Origin: Candidatus Omnitrophota bacterium
GTDB lineage: Bacteria; Omnitrophota; Gorgyraeia; Gygaellales; Profunditerraquicolaceae
DNA length: 64,000 bases
Assembly (NCBI GenBank): GCA_020058085.1
Contig: JAGVER010000003.1
Location: 3,708-67,707, forward strand
Direction of reading: 5' to 3'
The notes beneath the pieces are model-generated. The model made no database searches. It was not told the origin of the DNA and worked only from the letters and a program-made list of their open reading frames with translations. Of the stretch, positions 9,626-19,461 are shown piece after piece; position 1 is the first letter of the stretch, and every line of letters begins with the position of its first letter. The translations under genes and the position numbers were made by a program.

Positions 9626-9648
9626 TAGCCCCGCCTTTGGCGGGGCTA
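9626..9648 (+). terminator. Strong GC hairpin after ruvB (no T-tract; terminator or REP-like palindrome)
   Basis: TAGCCCCGCC-TTT-GGCGGGGCTA, a perfect 10-bp stem. Confidence 0.45.
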
Positions 9649-9659
9649 ATGTATGAAAT

Positions 9660-10196
9660 ATGGATATCCTATTACATACCTGTTGTGCGCCTTGCCTGAT
9701 TTATCCGCTTGAATTATTGAGGCTAAAAGGTTTTAAGGTTACAGGTTTTTTTTATAATCCTAATATTCATCCAGTTTTAGAATATAACGAGAGGAAAAAA
9801 GCCATTGCCGTATTGAATCCGGGAATCGAAGTAATTTATCCGGATTATTTACCTAGGGAGTTTTTCCAGGCAGTAAATTTAAAGGAAGAGGCTCCTGCAA
9901 GATGTGCGCTTTGCTGGAGGCAGAGGCTTGCGAAAACCGCGGCCCTAGCCGGGGAGAAAGGTTTCAAATATTTTAGCACCACTCTTCTGGTCAGCCCCTA
10001 TCAGGACCATGAGCTGTTAAAGAAAATCGGGGATGATATTGCAAAAGAAGTAGGAGTTGAGTTTTATTACACGGATTTTCGTCCAGGTTTTAGAAAGGCC
10101 CGTGATGAAGCAAGAGCCAAAGGCGTATATATTCAGAAATACTGTGGTTGTATCTATTCTGATATAGAGAGGTTTAAGAAAAAACAGAATGCATAG
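9660..10196 (+). CDS. queH: Epoxyqueuosine reductase QueH (DUF208)
   Basis: The LLHTCCAPC N-terminal Cys motif and CxxC...C pattern are typical of QueH, and queA and tgt are neighbours. Confidence 0.8.
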   Translation: MDILLHTCCAPCLIYPLELLRLKGFKVTGFFYNPNIHPVLEYNERKKAIAVLNPGIEVIYPDYLPREFFQAVNLKEEAPARCALCWRQRLAKTAALAGEKGFKYFSTTLLVSPYQDHELLKKIGDDIAKEVGVEFYYTDFRPGFRKARDEARAKGVYIQKYCGCIYSDIERFKKKQNA

Positions 10197-11370
10197 GCTA
10201 AAGTATATAATATTAATTTTTATTATTCTTTGTTTTGGAATTACAGTTTTATCCTTTAGCGAGGATAATTTAGAAAAAGAAACTCCAAGGGGAGTATGGG
10301 TCAGTGTTTTTTCTAAAGATAAGGTTTTGTATTCTCGGGACGCTATCCTGAAGTTAATCGCCTTATGTAAACAGGCAAAAATTAACCAAATATATTTACA
10401 GGTTTATCAGTCTGGCAAGGCCTATTACGATTCTAAAATTACTGATCCCTCAAAATATGAAGATATGGTAAAGTCAGCGGGTGTAGATACGATTGATTTT
10501 CTCTTAAAAGAGGCTCGGGATAATAATATAGAGGTATTTGCTTGGGTAAATTTATTGAGTTTAGGCCAAAATGATCATGCCGATATCATTAAGAAATTCG
10601 GTAAGGACGTCTTAACTAAAGACCAGTATAACAAGATATCCGGCAAAGGCAATCCTGATGCATTAGATCAATTCTATCTTAGGGAGGAGCTTTTATTCCT
10701 TGAGCCCGGAGACCAAAGGGTGGCAAAGTATTTAATCTCTATTGTTGAAGAGATAATCGAACGCTATCCTTTATTTGACGGGGTTCATCTAGATTATCTG
10801 CGCTACCCGATGACAGTACCTTTTATTCCGGGGTCAAGGTTTACAAAATATGGTTTAAGTTACGGGTATGGCCTGAAGAATATTGAGCGGTTTAAGGAGT
10901 GGGCAGGACTGGATCCTCGTAACGGATTAAAAAGCGCTAAGGACTATATGTTTTGGGATGACTGGAGGCGTGATCAAATCACTAGTCTTGTAAGAAGGAT
11001 AGCCAAGCGGGTTAAGGAGGAATCACCCAGACTTTTAGTCTCTTCCGCAGTAATCCCGGCAGGAGAGCGGGCGTATTCGAGCATGTTTCAGGATTGGCCT
11101 CTTTGGCTTGAGGATGGGATAGTAGATTATGTCGTACTGATGAATTATACCCTTGATAACCAACTGACTAAAGAGTTGGTGCGTTCTTCTCTATCTTATC
11201 GTGGCAAGGGTAAGGTTTTTATAGGTATTGGGCTTTATCTTATGAAAGATATTTCAGATGTATTTACCAAACAGTATAAAACCGTGGCCGGGCTCTCTCC
11301 TGACGGGATAGTTATATACTCTTATGATGATTTAGATGATGCGTTCATTGGAAACCTGAGTAATTTATAG
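10189..11370 (+). CDS. Secreted glycoside-hydrolase-like family 10 (YngK/YddW, UPF0748-like) protein
   Basis: N-terminal signal/TM segment. GVWV...NQIYLQV...FAWVN...GVHLDYLRYP resembles the TIM-barrel GHL10 family. The call rests on recall of these motifs only. Confidence 0.55.
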   Translation: MHRLKYIILIFIILCFGITVLSFSEDNLEKETPRGVWVSVFSKDKVLYSRDAILKLIALCKQAKINQIYLQVYQSGKAYYDSKITDPSKYEDMVKSAGVDTIDFLLKEARDNNIEVFAWVNLLSLGQNDHADIIKKFGKDVLTKDQYNKISGKGNPDALDQFYLREELLFLEPGDQRVAKYLISIVEEIIERYPLFDGVHLDYLRYPMTVPFIPGSRFTKYGLSYGYGLKNIERFKEWAGLDPRNGLKSAKDYMFWDDWRRDQITSLVRRIAKRVKEESPRLLVSSAVIPAGERAYSSMFQDWPLWLEDGIVDYVVLMNYTLDNQLTKELVRSSLSYRGKGKVFIGIGLYLMKDISDVFTKQYKTVAGLSPDGIVIYSYDDLDDAFIGNLSNL

Positions 11371-11389
11371 GCCTACCCTTAAAGAAAAA

Positions 11390-12379
11390 ATGAAATTATC
11401 CGATTTTGATTATGACCTTCCTAAAGATTTAATTGCCCAATATCCTTTAAAAGAGCGGCATAAAGCCAAGCTTTTAGTTTTAAACCGCGCTGACGGTTCT
11501 ATTGGGCATTATCTATTTGAGGATATATTAAACTTTATCAATAAAGACGACCTCTTAGTATTAAATAATACTAAAGTCCTTACCTGCCGATTAATGGGTC
11601 GTAAAGCTACGGGTGGAAAGGTCGAGGTACTTTTAACACGTCGTAAGACCGGTTCAATATTTGAGGCTTTAATCCAGCCCAGCCGTACAAAAACAGGAGA
11701 GAAGATAATCTTCGGCGGGGGAGATCTCTCAGGGGTAATCAGCGGCCGCGGTGAAATATCATTTAAATTGCAGGACGCGAACACAATATATCAATTCGGA
11801 CAAGTTCCTTTACCGCCGTATATTAAAAGAGAACCGGAAGATTTAGATAAGGTTTATTATCAGACAGTATATGCGGAAAAAGAAGGGGCAATTGCTTCTC
11901 CCACTGCGGGCCTGCATTTCACCGATGAGCTATTAAAAGAAATCGCATCCCGGGGAATTGATACTGCCTATCTTACTCTGCACGTCGGTTTAGGAACATT
12001 TAAACCAGTAAAATCCGAAGATATCACTGAACATAAGATGGAGCCGGAATATTTTAGGGTTCCCGAAAGTGTCGGGGAGAAGATAGAAAGAGCGCGGCTG
12101 AATAAAAAGCGTATTATCGCCGTAGGTACAACTAGCCTCAGGGCTCTGGAGTCTTACGCTAACGGCGTGAAAGAAGGCAATACGGATTTGTTCATTTATC
12201 CGGGTTATAAATTTAAGATCGTCGATTCTTTGCTAACTAACTTTCATTTACCTAAGACAACACTTTTTATGCTCGTTTGCGCTTTTGGCGGCGAATCCCT
12301 GATGAAGAAGGCTTATCAAGAGGCAGTAGAGCAGAAATATAGATTTTATAGTTATGGCGATGCGATGTTGATAATTTAG
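11390..12379 (+). CDS. queA: S-adenosylmethionine:tRNA ribosyltransferase-isomerase
   Basis: MKLSDFDYDLPKDLIAQYP, GQVPLPPYIKR, AGLHFT and RFYSYGDAMLI are QueA signatures. Confidence 0.95.
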   Translation: MKLSDFDYDLPKDLIAQYPLKERHKAKLLVLNRADGSIGHYLFEDILNFINKDDLLVLNNTKVLTCRLMGRKATGGKVEVLLTRRKTGSIFEALIQPSRTKTGEKIIFGGGDLSGVISGRGEISFKLQDANTIYQFGQVPLPPYIKREPEDLDKVYYQTVYAEKEGAIASPTAGLHFTDELLKEIASRGIDTAYLTLHVGLGTFKPVKSEDITEHKMEPEYFRVPESVGEKIERARLNKKRIIAVGTTSLRALESYANGVKEGNTDLFIYPGYKFKIVDSLLTNFHLPKTTLFMLVCAFGGESLMKKAYQEAVEQKYRFYSYGDAMLII

Positions 12380-12399
12380 GTTGTTCTTACATAGTTTTT

Positions 12400-12600
12400 A
12401 GCGTCTGTCTTGTCTTTGCTTCATTCGGCACCGTTCGTCCCGCCCCACCGAGGCGAGACTCACTTGAAGTTTATGCTCGCTCGCCGTTAACTCTGTATTA
12501 GCGAAGGCACCTGGCCGCTCGCATAAACTAACATGCCGCCTGAACCAAAGCCAATCCATCCGCTAAAATCGACATTCGCTCAAAAATCCACCAGTGTCAT
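12400..12600 (+). repeat. Degenerate copy of the 42.7-kb inverted-repeat element, in the queA-downstream gap
   Basis: It shares the exact 20-mer GCTAAAATCGACATTCGCTC (12562-12581 = 42936-42955) and a similar right end (CCAGTGTCATTTT vs CCAGAGACATTT). It also has internal GC-rich hairpins, e.g. GTTTATGC/GCATAAAC. The boundaries are approximate. Confidence 0.5.
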
Positions 12601-12688
12601 TTTCTGGGGGGAGTGCGTAATTCATGAATTTGAGTTACTTTGCCTAACCTGCCTGTAGGCAGGCGCTCGAACACGGAGGATAATTGAT

Positions 12689-13042
12689 ATGAAAAAATTA
12701 TTTCAACCCTTAATCTTATTTGGATTGGTTTTAGTTTTCTTTACAACTGTTTTTGCAAAATCGGGGCCTCCGATACCCATTCCGCAGGTATCGATAACAG
12801 AAGCGATTACTCTTGCCCAGGACTATTTTTCTAATGAAGAAAAACGAATTGTCGATGTTGAGCTCTTTAAGCGGAAAGATTATTTACTTTATTCAGTTAG
12901 ATATACGAGTAACTTTAATGGCGAATTGGATAAGGAGTGGGCTTGGGAGGTTAAATTTATTCATCCATTGCAGAATGATCATTCGGTAGCATATAAAGTT
13001 ACCAATGACAGAAAGATAATCTTACTATATGCTTCGGAATAG
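12689..13042 (+). CDS. Small secreted hypothetical protein inserted between queA and tgt
   Basis: The 117 aa ORF has a signal peptide (MKKLFQPLILFGLVLVFFTTVFA), an upstream GGAGG RBS, and no recognisable family motif. Confidence 0.5.
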   Translation: MKKLFQPLILFGLVLVFFTTVFAKSGPPIPIPQVSITEAITLAQDYFSNEEKRIVDVELFKRKDYLLYSVRYTSNFNGELDKEWAWEVKFIHPLQNDHSVAYKVTNDRKIILLYASE

Positions 13043-13107
13043 TTACAGATCATTTTTGTTTGTTAAAGTTGTTTGATGAATCATCGATGTGAGTATAACT
13101 TATTAAT

Positions 13108-14241
13108 ATGTTTAAACTAATTCAAGAAGATAAAAATAGTAAAGCACGGCTGGGGAAATTAACTACTCTGCATGGCGAGATTGAGACACCCTGTTTTATG
13201 CCTGTGGGTACTCATGCTACGGTTAAAGGCCTATATCCAAAGGACGTGGAAGAGGCAGGCGCCCAGATTATGCTCTCTAACACTTATCATTTATTTTTAC
13301 GCCCGGGTATGGAAGTTATTCGTAAGGCAGGTGGTTTGCATAAGTTCATGTCCTGGAATAAACCTATTCTTACGGATAGCGGCGGGTATCAGGTATTTAG
13401 TCTTGCGTTTCTAAGAAAGATAAGTGATAAGGGAGTGGAATTTCAATCACACATCGACGGTTCTAAACATTTTCTTACTCCTGAAGATGTTATGGATATA
13501 GAACGGGATTTAGGTTCGGATATTATTATGCCTTTGGATGAATGCAGCCATTATCCTTGTACAAGGGATCATGCGGAGATAGCAATGAAAAGAACGATTA
13601 ATTGGGCAAAACGTTCCTATAAACATAAAGAGGAGCAGGAGGGGAGCGGGCCGACTAAAAAGCAGTTTTTATTCGGAATAGTGCAGGGAGCGACCTACGA
13701 AGACTTGCGTAATATTTGTGCGAAAGAATTAACAGAGATAGATTTTGACGGGTTTGCTATAGGAGGAGTATCAGTTGGCGAGCCGAGTAATTTAATATAT
13801 AATATTCTTGGTAATACAACCGCTCTATTACCTCTTGAGAAGCCGCGTTATGCCATGGGCATAGGTTATCCGGAGGATATTCTTGAGGCAGTGGAGCGTG
13901 GCGTTGATATGTTTGATTGCGTAGTTCCCACGCGTTATGGCAGAAATGGCACTGCTTTTACCAGTACCGGTAAGATCAAGATAGGCAACGCCCCTTATAT
14001 CGAAGACTTTAATGCGCTCGACGTAAGATGTTTTTGTTATACTTGTAGAAATTTCAGCCGCGCCTACCTTCGGCATTTATTTAATGCTCAAGAGATGCTC
14101 GGATTGACGCTACTCTCATTGCATAATCTGTATTTCTTTTTGGATCTGGCGCGTAAAATCCGCGAAGCGATTAAGAATAATCAATTGAGTGAATTTAAAA
14201 AAGAATTTCTAGCTAATTACAATAATTCTCTATGCGCATAG
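13108..14241 (+). CDS. tgt: Queuine tRNA-ribosyltransferase
   Basis: [21 protein letters not shown], and the zinc site CxCxxC...H ([16 protein letters not shown]). Confidence 0.95.
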   Translation: MFKLIQEDKNSKARLGKLTTLHGEIETPCFMPVGTHATVKGLYPKDVEEAGAQIMLSNTYHLFLRPGMEVIRKAGGLHKFMSWNKPILTDSGGYQVFSLAFLRKISDKGVEFQSHIDGSKHFLTPEDVMDIERDLGSDIIMPLDECSHYPCTRDHAEIAMKRTINWAKRSYKHKEEQEGSGPTKKQFLFGIVQGATYEDLRNICAKELTEIDFDGFAIGGVSVGEPSNLIYNILGNTTALLPLEKPRYAMGIGYPEDILEAVERGVDMFDCVVPTRYGRNGTAFTSTGKIKIGNAPYIEDFNALDVRCFCYTCRNFSRAYLRHLFNAQEMLGLTLLSLHNLYFFLDLARKIREAIKNNQLSEFKKEFLANYNNSLCA

Positions 14242-14909
14242 ATATCCTTACAATATTTCCAAAAATGTTTGATCCGGTGCTTAATGAGTCAATTATTAAA
14301 CGTGCCCGGATTAAGGATAAAGTCAAATTCTATATTCATGACTTACGTGACTACACTTCTGATAAGCACAGGAAAGTTGATGATCGGCCTTTTGGCGGAG
14401 GTTCGGGTATGGTGATGCGCGTGGAGCCGATCTTTAATTGTATAGAAACAATAAAGCGTAAGGAGAAAAAACCCAAGATAATTTTACTTACCCCCCAAGG
14501 TAAGAGATTGAATCAGGATAAAGCTAAGAAGCTCTCTAAGCTTTCCCATCTAATTTTAGTTTGCGGGCATTATGAAGGGGTGGATGAAAGGGTGAGAAGT
14601 AATTTAGCGGATGAAGAGATATCTATCGGAGATTATGTCTTGACCGGAGGAGAGCTTCCGGCAATGGTTTTAATAGATGTCATCGTAAGGCTAATGCCCG
14701 GGGTCTTAGGCAACAAAAATTCCTTGAATTTTGAGTCATTTGAGGGTAATCTATTAGAATATCCGCATTATACTAGGCCATCTAGTTTTCGTAAAATGAA
14801 CGTTCCGGAGATACTTGTATCCGGGGATCATCATAAAATAGAAGCTTGGAGACGGGTAGAAGCGTTAAAGAGGACAAAAAAGAGAAGGCCGGATTTGTTG
14901 AAGCGGTAA
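14232..14909 (+). CDS. trmD: tRNA (guanine37-N1)-methyltransferase
   Basis: [26 protein letters not shown] and [19 protein letters not shown]. Confidence 0.95.
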   Translation: MRIDILTIFPKMFDPVLNESIIKRARIKDKVKFYIHDLRDYTSDKHRKVDDRPFGGGSGMVMRVEPIFNCIETIKRKEKKPKIILLTPQGKRLNQDKAKKLSKLSHLILVCGHYEGVDERVRSNLADEEISIGDYVLTGGELPAMVLIDVIVRLMPGVLGNKNSLNFESFEGNLLEYPHYTRPSSFRKMNVPEILVSGDHHKIEAWRRVEALKRTKKRRPDLLKR

Positions 14910-14932
14910 TATAATAATATATGGAGGTAGTA

Positions 14933-15289
14933 ATGGATAAGATAAAGCTTATTGAATCGCAATTTACTAAAAAAGATCTTCCTGTCTTTGGCGTTGGAGA
15001 TACAGTGAAGGTTATGACCAGGATACCTGAAGGCCCTGATAAATTCCGTTTGCATCCTTTCGAGGGTGTAGTTATATCCAAGGAAGGTTCGGGAGCAAGA
15101 GAGCATTTTACAGTAAGAAAAGTATCTTATGGTGAAGGCATTGAACGTATATTTCCTTTGAATTCTCCAAGCATTGAGCGAATTGAGATTATTCGTTCCG
15201 GTAAGGTTAAGAGGGCTAAACTCTATTACTTGAGAAATAAGGTTGGGAAACGGGCGACAAAAATAGAAAGTAAAGAAGAGAAGGAATAA
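14933..15289 (+). CDS. rplS: Ribosomal protein L19 (ATG 14933 preferred over 14921; GGAGG lies 5 nt upstream)
   Basis: [11 protein letters not shown]...[21 protein letters not shown] is the L19 signature, in trmD-rplS synteny. Confidence 0.9.
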   Translation: MDKIKLIESQFTKKDLPVFGVGDTVKVMTRIPEGPDKFRLHPFEGVVISKEGSGAREHFTVRKVSYGEGIERIFPLNSPSIERIEIIRSGKVKRAKLYYLRNKVGKRATKIESKEEKE

Positions 15290-15892
15290 ATTTTATACTA
15301 CGAACGTAAATTTAAGAAAAAGGGTTTTAATTTTATTATCGGAGTTGATGAAGCCGGGCGAGGTCCTTTAGCCGGGCCGGTAGTTTCAGCAGCAGTATTA
15401 TTAAAGGCAAGTAACTTCAGTTCTCGTATAGATGATTCCAAGAAATTATCCCCTTCTCAACGGGAGAATGCTTTTCCAGATATTATTAATAATTCAGTAT
15501 TTGGTATTGGTATTGTAAGCGAAAAAATAATTGATCGAATTAATATTTTGGAAGCTACCCGTCTTTCCATGCGGCAAGCAGTAACCTCTTTGATGAGAAA
15601 ATTGGGTGTCCTTAAAAGTAAAGGCATCTATGTAATCGTGGATGGTAATATGAGTTTAGATTTGGCTTTGCCGTATACATCTATCGTCAAAGGTGATACC
15701 AAATCTAAAAGCATTGCCGCTGCTTCAATCTTGGCTAAAGTTACCCGTGATAGGATAATGATTAAGTATGACAAGCTTTATCCTGAATATGGATTTGCAA
15801 AACATAAAGGTTATCCCACAAGAGAACATCGGGATATTTTAAGAGAGATTGGCCCATCCCGGATACACAGAAAGAGTTTTGCAGGTGTCTGA
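15290..15892 (+). CDS. rnhB: Ribonuclease HII; N-terminal 86 codons lack any ATG/GTG/TTG (probable ATT start directly after the rplS TAA)
   Basis: IIGVDEAGRGPLAGPVVSAAVLL (catalytic DEAGRG) is encoded at 15335-15400, upstream of the track ORF start at 15548. The C-terminus has DSKxLS and HKGYPT motifs. Confidence 0.8.
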   Translation: MLYYERKFKKKGFNFIIGVDEAGRGPLAGPVVSAAVLLKASNFSSRIDDSKKLSPSQRENAFPDIINNSVFGIGIVSEKIIDRINILEATRLSMRQAVTSLMRKLGVLKSKGIYVIVDGNMSLDLALPYTSIVKGDTKSKSIAAASILAKVTRDRIMIKYDKLYPEYGFAKHKGYPTREHRDILREIGPSRIHRKSFAGV

Positions 15893-16265
15893 AGAGAGAA
15901 TATCTTTAGGGAATAAAGGCGAAGAACTGGCTGCGGATTTATTAAAAGATAGCGGTTATAAAATATTATACCGTAATTACAAAACAAAGTTGGGCGAGAT
16001 AGATATTATTGCCAAGGATAAAGAGACAGTTTGTTTTATAGAAGTAAAAACGCGTAGCAGCGATAGGTTTGGTTGCGGCAGCGAAGCTGTTTCACGGGTA
16101 AAGCAGAGGCAGATAGCTAAAGCTGCGCTTAGTTTTCTTAAAGAGAAGCGCCTCTTGGATAAGAAGGCCAGGTTTGATGTGGTTTCTTTAGATTGCTCTT
16201 CTTCAGAGCCAAAGGTAGATTTAATCAAAGATGCTTTTGAACTGGATGGAAGTTTTTCCTACTAA
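15885..16265 (+). CDS. yraN: YraN-family (UPF0102) endonuclease-like protein; GTG 15885 overlaps the rnhB stop
   Basis: GNKGEELAADLLKDSGYKILYRNYKTKLGEIDIIAKDKETVCFIEVKTR is the YraN PD-(D/E)xK signature. Confidence 0.8.
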   Translation: MSEERISLGNKGEELAADLLKDSGYKILYRNYKTKLGEIDIIAKDKETVCFIEVKTRSSDRFGCGSEAVSRVKQRQIAKAALSFLKEKRLLDKKARFDVVSLDCSSSEPKVDLIKDAFELDGSFSY

Positions 16266-16270
16266 TAAAA

Positions 16271-16831
16271 ATGTATAAAGACCAAGCGATTAAAATTTAT
16301 TTAGATGATTTGGCAGCGAGATTACCTGCTCCGGGGGGAGGATCAGCCTGCGCGCTTAATGCTGCTATGGCTGCGGCATTGATAAGCATGGCAGTTAATT
16401 TTACTTTAGGCAAGCCTAAATATGAAAAGTATGAGAAAGAACTAAAAGAGATTTTAAATAAATCGGAAACCTTAAGAAAAGAGTTTTTGAATCTGGTGGA
16501 TTTAGATGTTACCGCTTATAAAAGTAAAAATATGAGAGATGTCCTTAATATTCCCTTTATGGTTGCCCGGCTCTCTTTTGAGGGGATAAAATTATGCCCA
16601 GTGCTTATAAAAAAAGGAAATATAAATTTGATTACCGATGTAGCAGTGGCTGCAATTTTTTTTGAAGCTGCTTTCGTTTCAGCATGCTCTAATGTTGAGA
16701 TCAATCTAAAAAGTTTAGGTGACAAAAAGTTAGCTAAGTCTGTTAAGGGAGAGCTTAACAAGAAAAATAAGCTCATTAAAAAAATAAGAATAGAGACGGA
16801 GAAGAAAGTTGGCGAAATTATTAGATGGTAA
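16271..16831 (+). CDS. Cyclodeaminase/cyclohydrolase family protein (FtcD C-terminal domain-like)
   Basis: LDDLAARLPAPGGGSACALNAAMAAALISMAVNFTLGK is the hallmark N-terminal helix pair of this folate-binding family. Confidence 0.75.
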   Translation: MYKDQAIKIYLDDLAARLPAPGGGSACALNAAMAAALISMAVNFTLGKPKYEKYEKELKEILNKSETLRKEFLNLVDLDVTAYKSKNMRDVLNIPFMVARLSFEGIKLCPVLIKKGNINLITDVAVAAIFFEAAFVSACSNVEINLKSLGDKKLAKSVKGELNKKNKLIKKIRIETEKKVGEIIRW

Positions 16832-17690
16832 AATATTAGCAGAAAGAATTAAGGAAGAGATAAAGGCGCAGATTTCTTCTTTAAAGTTTAAGCCAGTCTT
16901 GGCTAGTATTATGGTTGGAAATAATTGTGGAGCTGCTAGTTATGTTAAATCGCAACAGAAAACAGCAGAGGTATTAGGCATTGAATATCAGCTGCATAAG
17001 TTGGTTCAGGATTCTAGCGAAGCGCATCTATCTGATTTTATTCAAAGATTAAATGTTAATAAATCCGTAAATGGAATTATTATCCAAATGCCGCTTCCTG
17101 CGCATATAGATTATAAGAGGATTAGCCAGTTTATCCTGCCTGAAAAAGATGTTGAAGGAATGCACCCTCAGAATATCGGTAAACTTTTATTTGGAGCTAA
17201 GGGCTTCATTCCTTGTGCGGCTGCAGCAGTTATGGAGTTAATTGCCGCAAGCGGAGTTGATTTATACGGCAAGGAGGCCGTAGTAGTAGGCCATAGCGAA
17301 ATAGTAGGTAAGCCTTTAACACTTTTATTGTTGGATAAATTTGCCACGGTTACAATCTGTCATCTTGCAACAAGTAAAGCCGGAAAATTAGAGGAGCATA
17401 TAAGGCGCGCAGAGGTTTTAATCGTTGCGGTTGGTAAGGCCCGATTGATTAAGGGGGAATGGATCAAAAAAGGCGCGGTAGTTATAGATGTCGGAATAAA
17501 TCGCGTAGGAGATAAAATTGTCGGGGATGTAGAATTTGAGGGAGCAGAGAAACTCGCCTCCTACATTACTCCCGTTCCCGGAGGTGTGGGCCCGCTTACA
17601 GTTATGATCTTAATGCGTAATTTAGTTGAGGCAGCTAAGCTGCAACAGGAACCAAAATATATTGGTGAGGCACCCAATTCTAAAGGATGA
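16809..17690 (+). CDS. folD: Bifunctional methylene-THF dehydrogenase/methenyl-THF cyclohydrolase (TTG start)
   Basis: AKLLDGK, VVVGHSEIVGKPL and TPVPGGVGPLTV. Confidence 0.95.
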   Translation: MAKLLDGKILAERIKEEIKAQISSLKFKPVLASIMVGNNCGAASYVKSQQKTAEVLGIEYQLHKLVQDSSEAHLSDFIQRLNVNKSVNGIIIQMPLPAHIDYKRISQFILPEKDVEGMHPQNIGKLLFGAKGFIPCAAAAVMELIAASGVDLYGKEAVVVGHSEIVGKPLTLLLLDKFATVTICHLATSKAGKLEEHIRRAEVLIVAVGKARLIKGEWIKKGAVVIDVGINRVGDKIVGDVEFEGAEKLASYITPVPGGVGPLTVMILMRNLVEAAKLQQEPKYIGEAPNSKG

Positions 17691-17719
17691 ATTGGTGCCC
17701 ATAACTATGGGAGTTAGAT

Positions 17720-18589
17720 TTGACATTCAAAGAAAAATTACAATCAGGAAAATTTATGGTGACCTCGGAGATCGGGCCGCCAAAAGGTATTGATATCCGG
17801 CAGCTTTTAGAGGACGCCGAGCTTATCCGTAATCGAGTTGACGCAATTAATGTTACGGATTTACAGAGTTCAGTTATGCGCCTTGGTTCTTTAGCGGTTT
17901 CAAGCCTGCTGAAGCATCACGGATTTGAGCCGATATATCAGTTGACCTGTCGTGATCGTAACCGTTTAGCGCTGCAATCGGATCTTTTATCTGCTGCTGC
18001 TTTAGGTATTGAGAATATTTTAATACTTACCGGAGACCATCCGGAATTAGGGGATCATCCTGACGCTAAACCTGTATTTGATTTGGATTCTGTCCAGCTA
18101 TTACAAGTAGCTAAAATATTAGAGTCTGGTGCGGATATGAAAGGTAATAGATTAGTTGGTTCATCGCCAAAATTCTGTTTAGGCGCAGTGGTTAACCCCG
18201 GGGCGGAGCCATTAGAGCCGCAGATTATAAAGATGGAGAAGAAGATTGCCGCAGGGGCGGAATTCTTTCAGACTCAAGCGGTCTATGATTTAAGAATATT
18301 CGAGAATTTCTTAAATAAAACTAAGCACCTAAAAACTAAAATTATAGCGGGGATAGTTTTACTTAAGTCGGCGGGTATGGCTAGATATATGAATCAAAAT
18401 GTTGCCGGCGTATCTGTTCCGGATAATTTGATTAAAGAGATGGAAGAGGCAAAAGATAAAACTGCTCTTTCTGTTGAAATTGCTTCGCGTTTGATTAAGG
18501 AATTAAAGCCTATCTGTGACGGAATACATATTATGCCGATTGGCCTCGATAAGGTAGTTCCGCGCGTATTAGATGCCGCATCATTATGA
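17720..18589 (+). CDS. metF: Methylenetetrahydrofolate reductase (MetF-like)
   Basis: FMVTSEIGPPKG, QLTCRDRNR, ILILTGDHP and FFQTQAVYD are typical of MetF TIM barrels. Confidence 0.85.
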   Translation: MTFKEKLQSGKFMVTSEIGPPKGIDIRQLLEDAELIRNRVDAINVTDLQSSVMRLGSLAVSSLLKHHGFEPIYQLTCRDRNRLALQSDLLSAAALGIENILILTGDHPELGDHPDAKPVFDLDSVQLLQVAKILESGADMKGNRLVGSSPKFCLGAVVNPGAEPLEPQIIKMEKKIAAGAEFFQTQAVYDLRIFENFLNKTKHLKTKIIAGIVLLKSAGMARYMNQNVAGVSVPDNLIKEMEEAKDKTALSVEIASRLIKELKPICDGIHIMPIGLDKVVPRVLDAASL

Positions 18590-19461
18590 ACAACCATATA
18601 GTTATAATCGGAGCTTCTGTTTCGGGCCATAATATTGCTTTACGTTTAAGGGAGAAGTCTAAGGAATGTCAGATTACCTTAATTAGTGAAGAGGAATATC
18701 CTGCCTATGACCATTTGAAATTGGCAGATCTCATCAGCAGCGTAATAAGCGAAAAGGATATCTTCCTTTGCAGCGAAGATAGTTATTCTAAACTCGGCAT
18801 AAATTTTATTAAAAACAAAAAAGTCGGAAGCCTGAATATTTCGAAGAAACTGCTTTATTTTAAGGATAAAGGAAGTATTAATTATGATATTTTAGTCATT
18901 GCTTCAGGGAGGAGCCCGGTTATCCCTGATATTCCTGGCGCCAAGAAGGAAGGAGTTTACCGTCTTTATACATTAAATGATGCCAAGGAATTTATCCAGC
19001 GTTATATAGCGCACCCGGTCTGCATTGTAGGTAGTAATAGTTTTGCCTTAAAAATGGCCGAGGCGGTCTCGAGAAAATATGGCGTTGAGGTAAAGCTTTT
19101 AAGCTGCACTGCGTTTGATCCTTCCAATATTCCCCAGAATACGGAAATTATCAATGATTCTATAACAGAGATAATCGGTGAAGGGGAGACTCAGGCAATT
19201 AAGCTTGCGAGTGGCAAGGCATTAGGTGTTTGCGCTGTTTTATTTATGGATGACTATAAATCTAATATTGAATTCTTAAAAGAGACCGGCATCAAGATTA
19301 AAGATGATTTTGTTCTGGTAGATGGATGGATGCGCACCAATCAAGATAATATTTTTGCTTGTGGAAGCGTGGTGCGTAAAGATAGCGTAGTAATAAGCAT
19401 GATGTTGGTGGATCATATAATTAGTAAGTTAGGGGAAGTAAGTGCCAGGCTCTCTGTTTAA
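18586..19461 (+). CDS. Short FAD/NAD(P)-binding oxidoreductase (pyridine nucleotide-disulfide oxidoreductase family)
   Basis: N-terminal Rossmann segment IVIIGASVSGHNIA, then DILVIASGRSP, then IFACGS near the C-terminus. The second dinucleotide motif looks degenerate (IVGSNSFA). Confidence 0.6.
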   Translation: MNNHIVIIGASVSGHNIALRLREKSKECQITLISEEEYPAYDHLKLADLISSVISEKDIFLCSEDSYSKLGINFIKNKKVGSLNISKKLLYFKDKGSINYDILVIASGRSPVIPDIPGAKKEGVYRLYTLNDAKEFIQRYIAHPVCIVGSNSFALKMAEAVSRKYGVEVKLLSCTAFDPSNIPQNTEIINDSITEIIGEGETQAIKLASGKALGVCAVLFMDDYKSNIEFLKETGIKIKDDFVLVDGWMRTNQDNIFACGSVVRKDSVVISMMLVDHIISKLGEVSARLSV

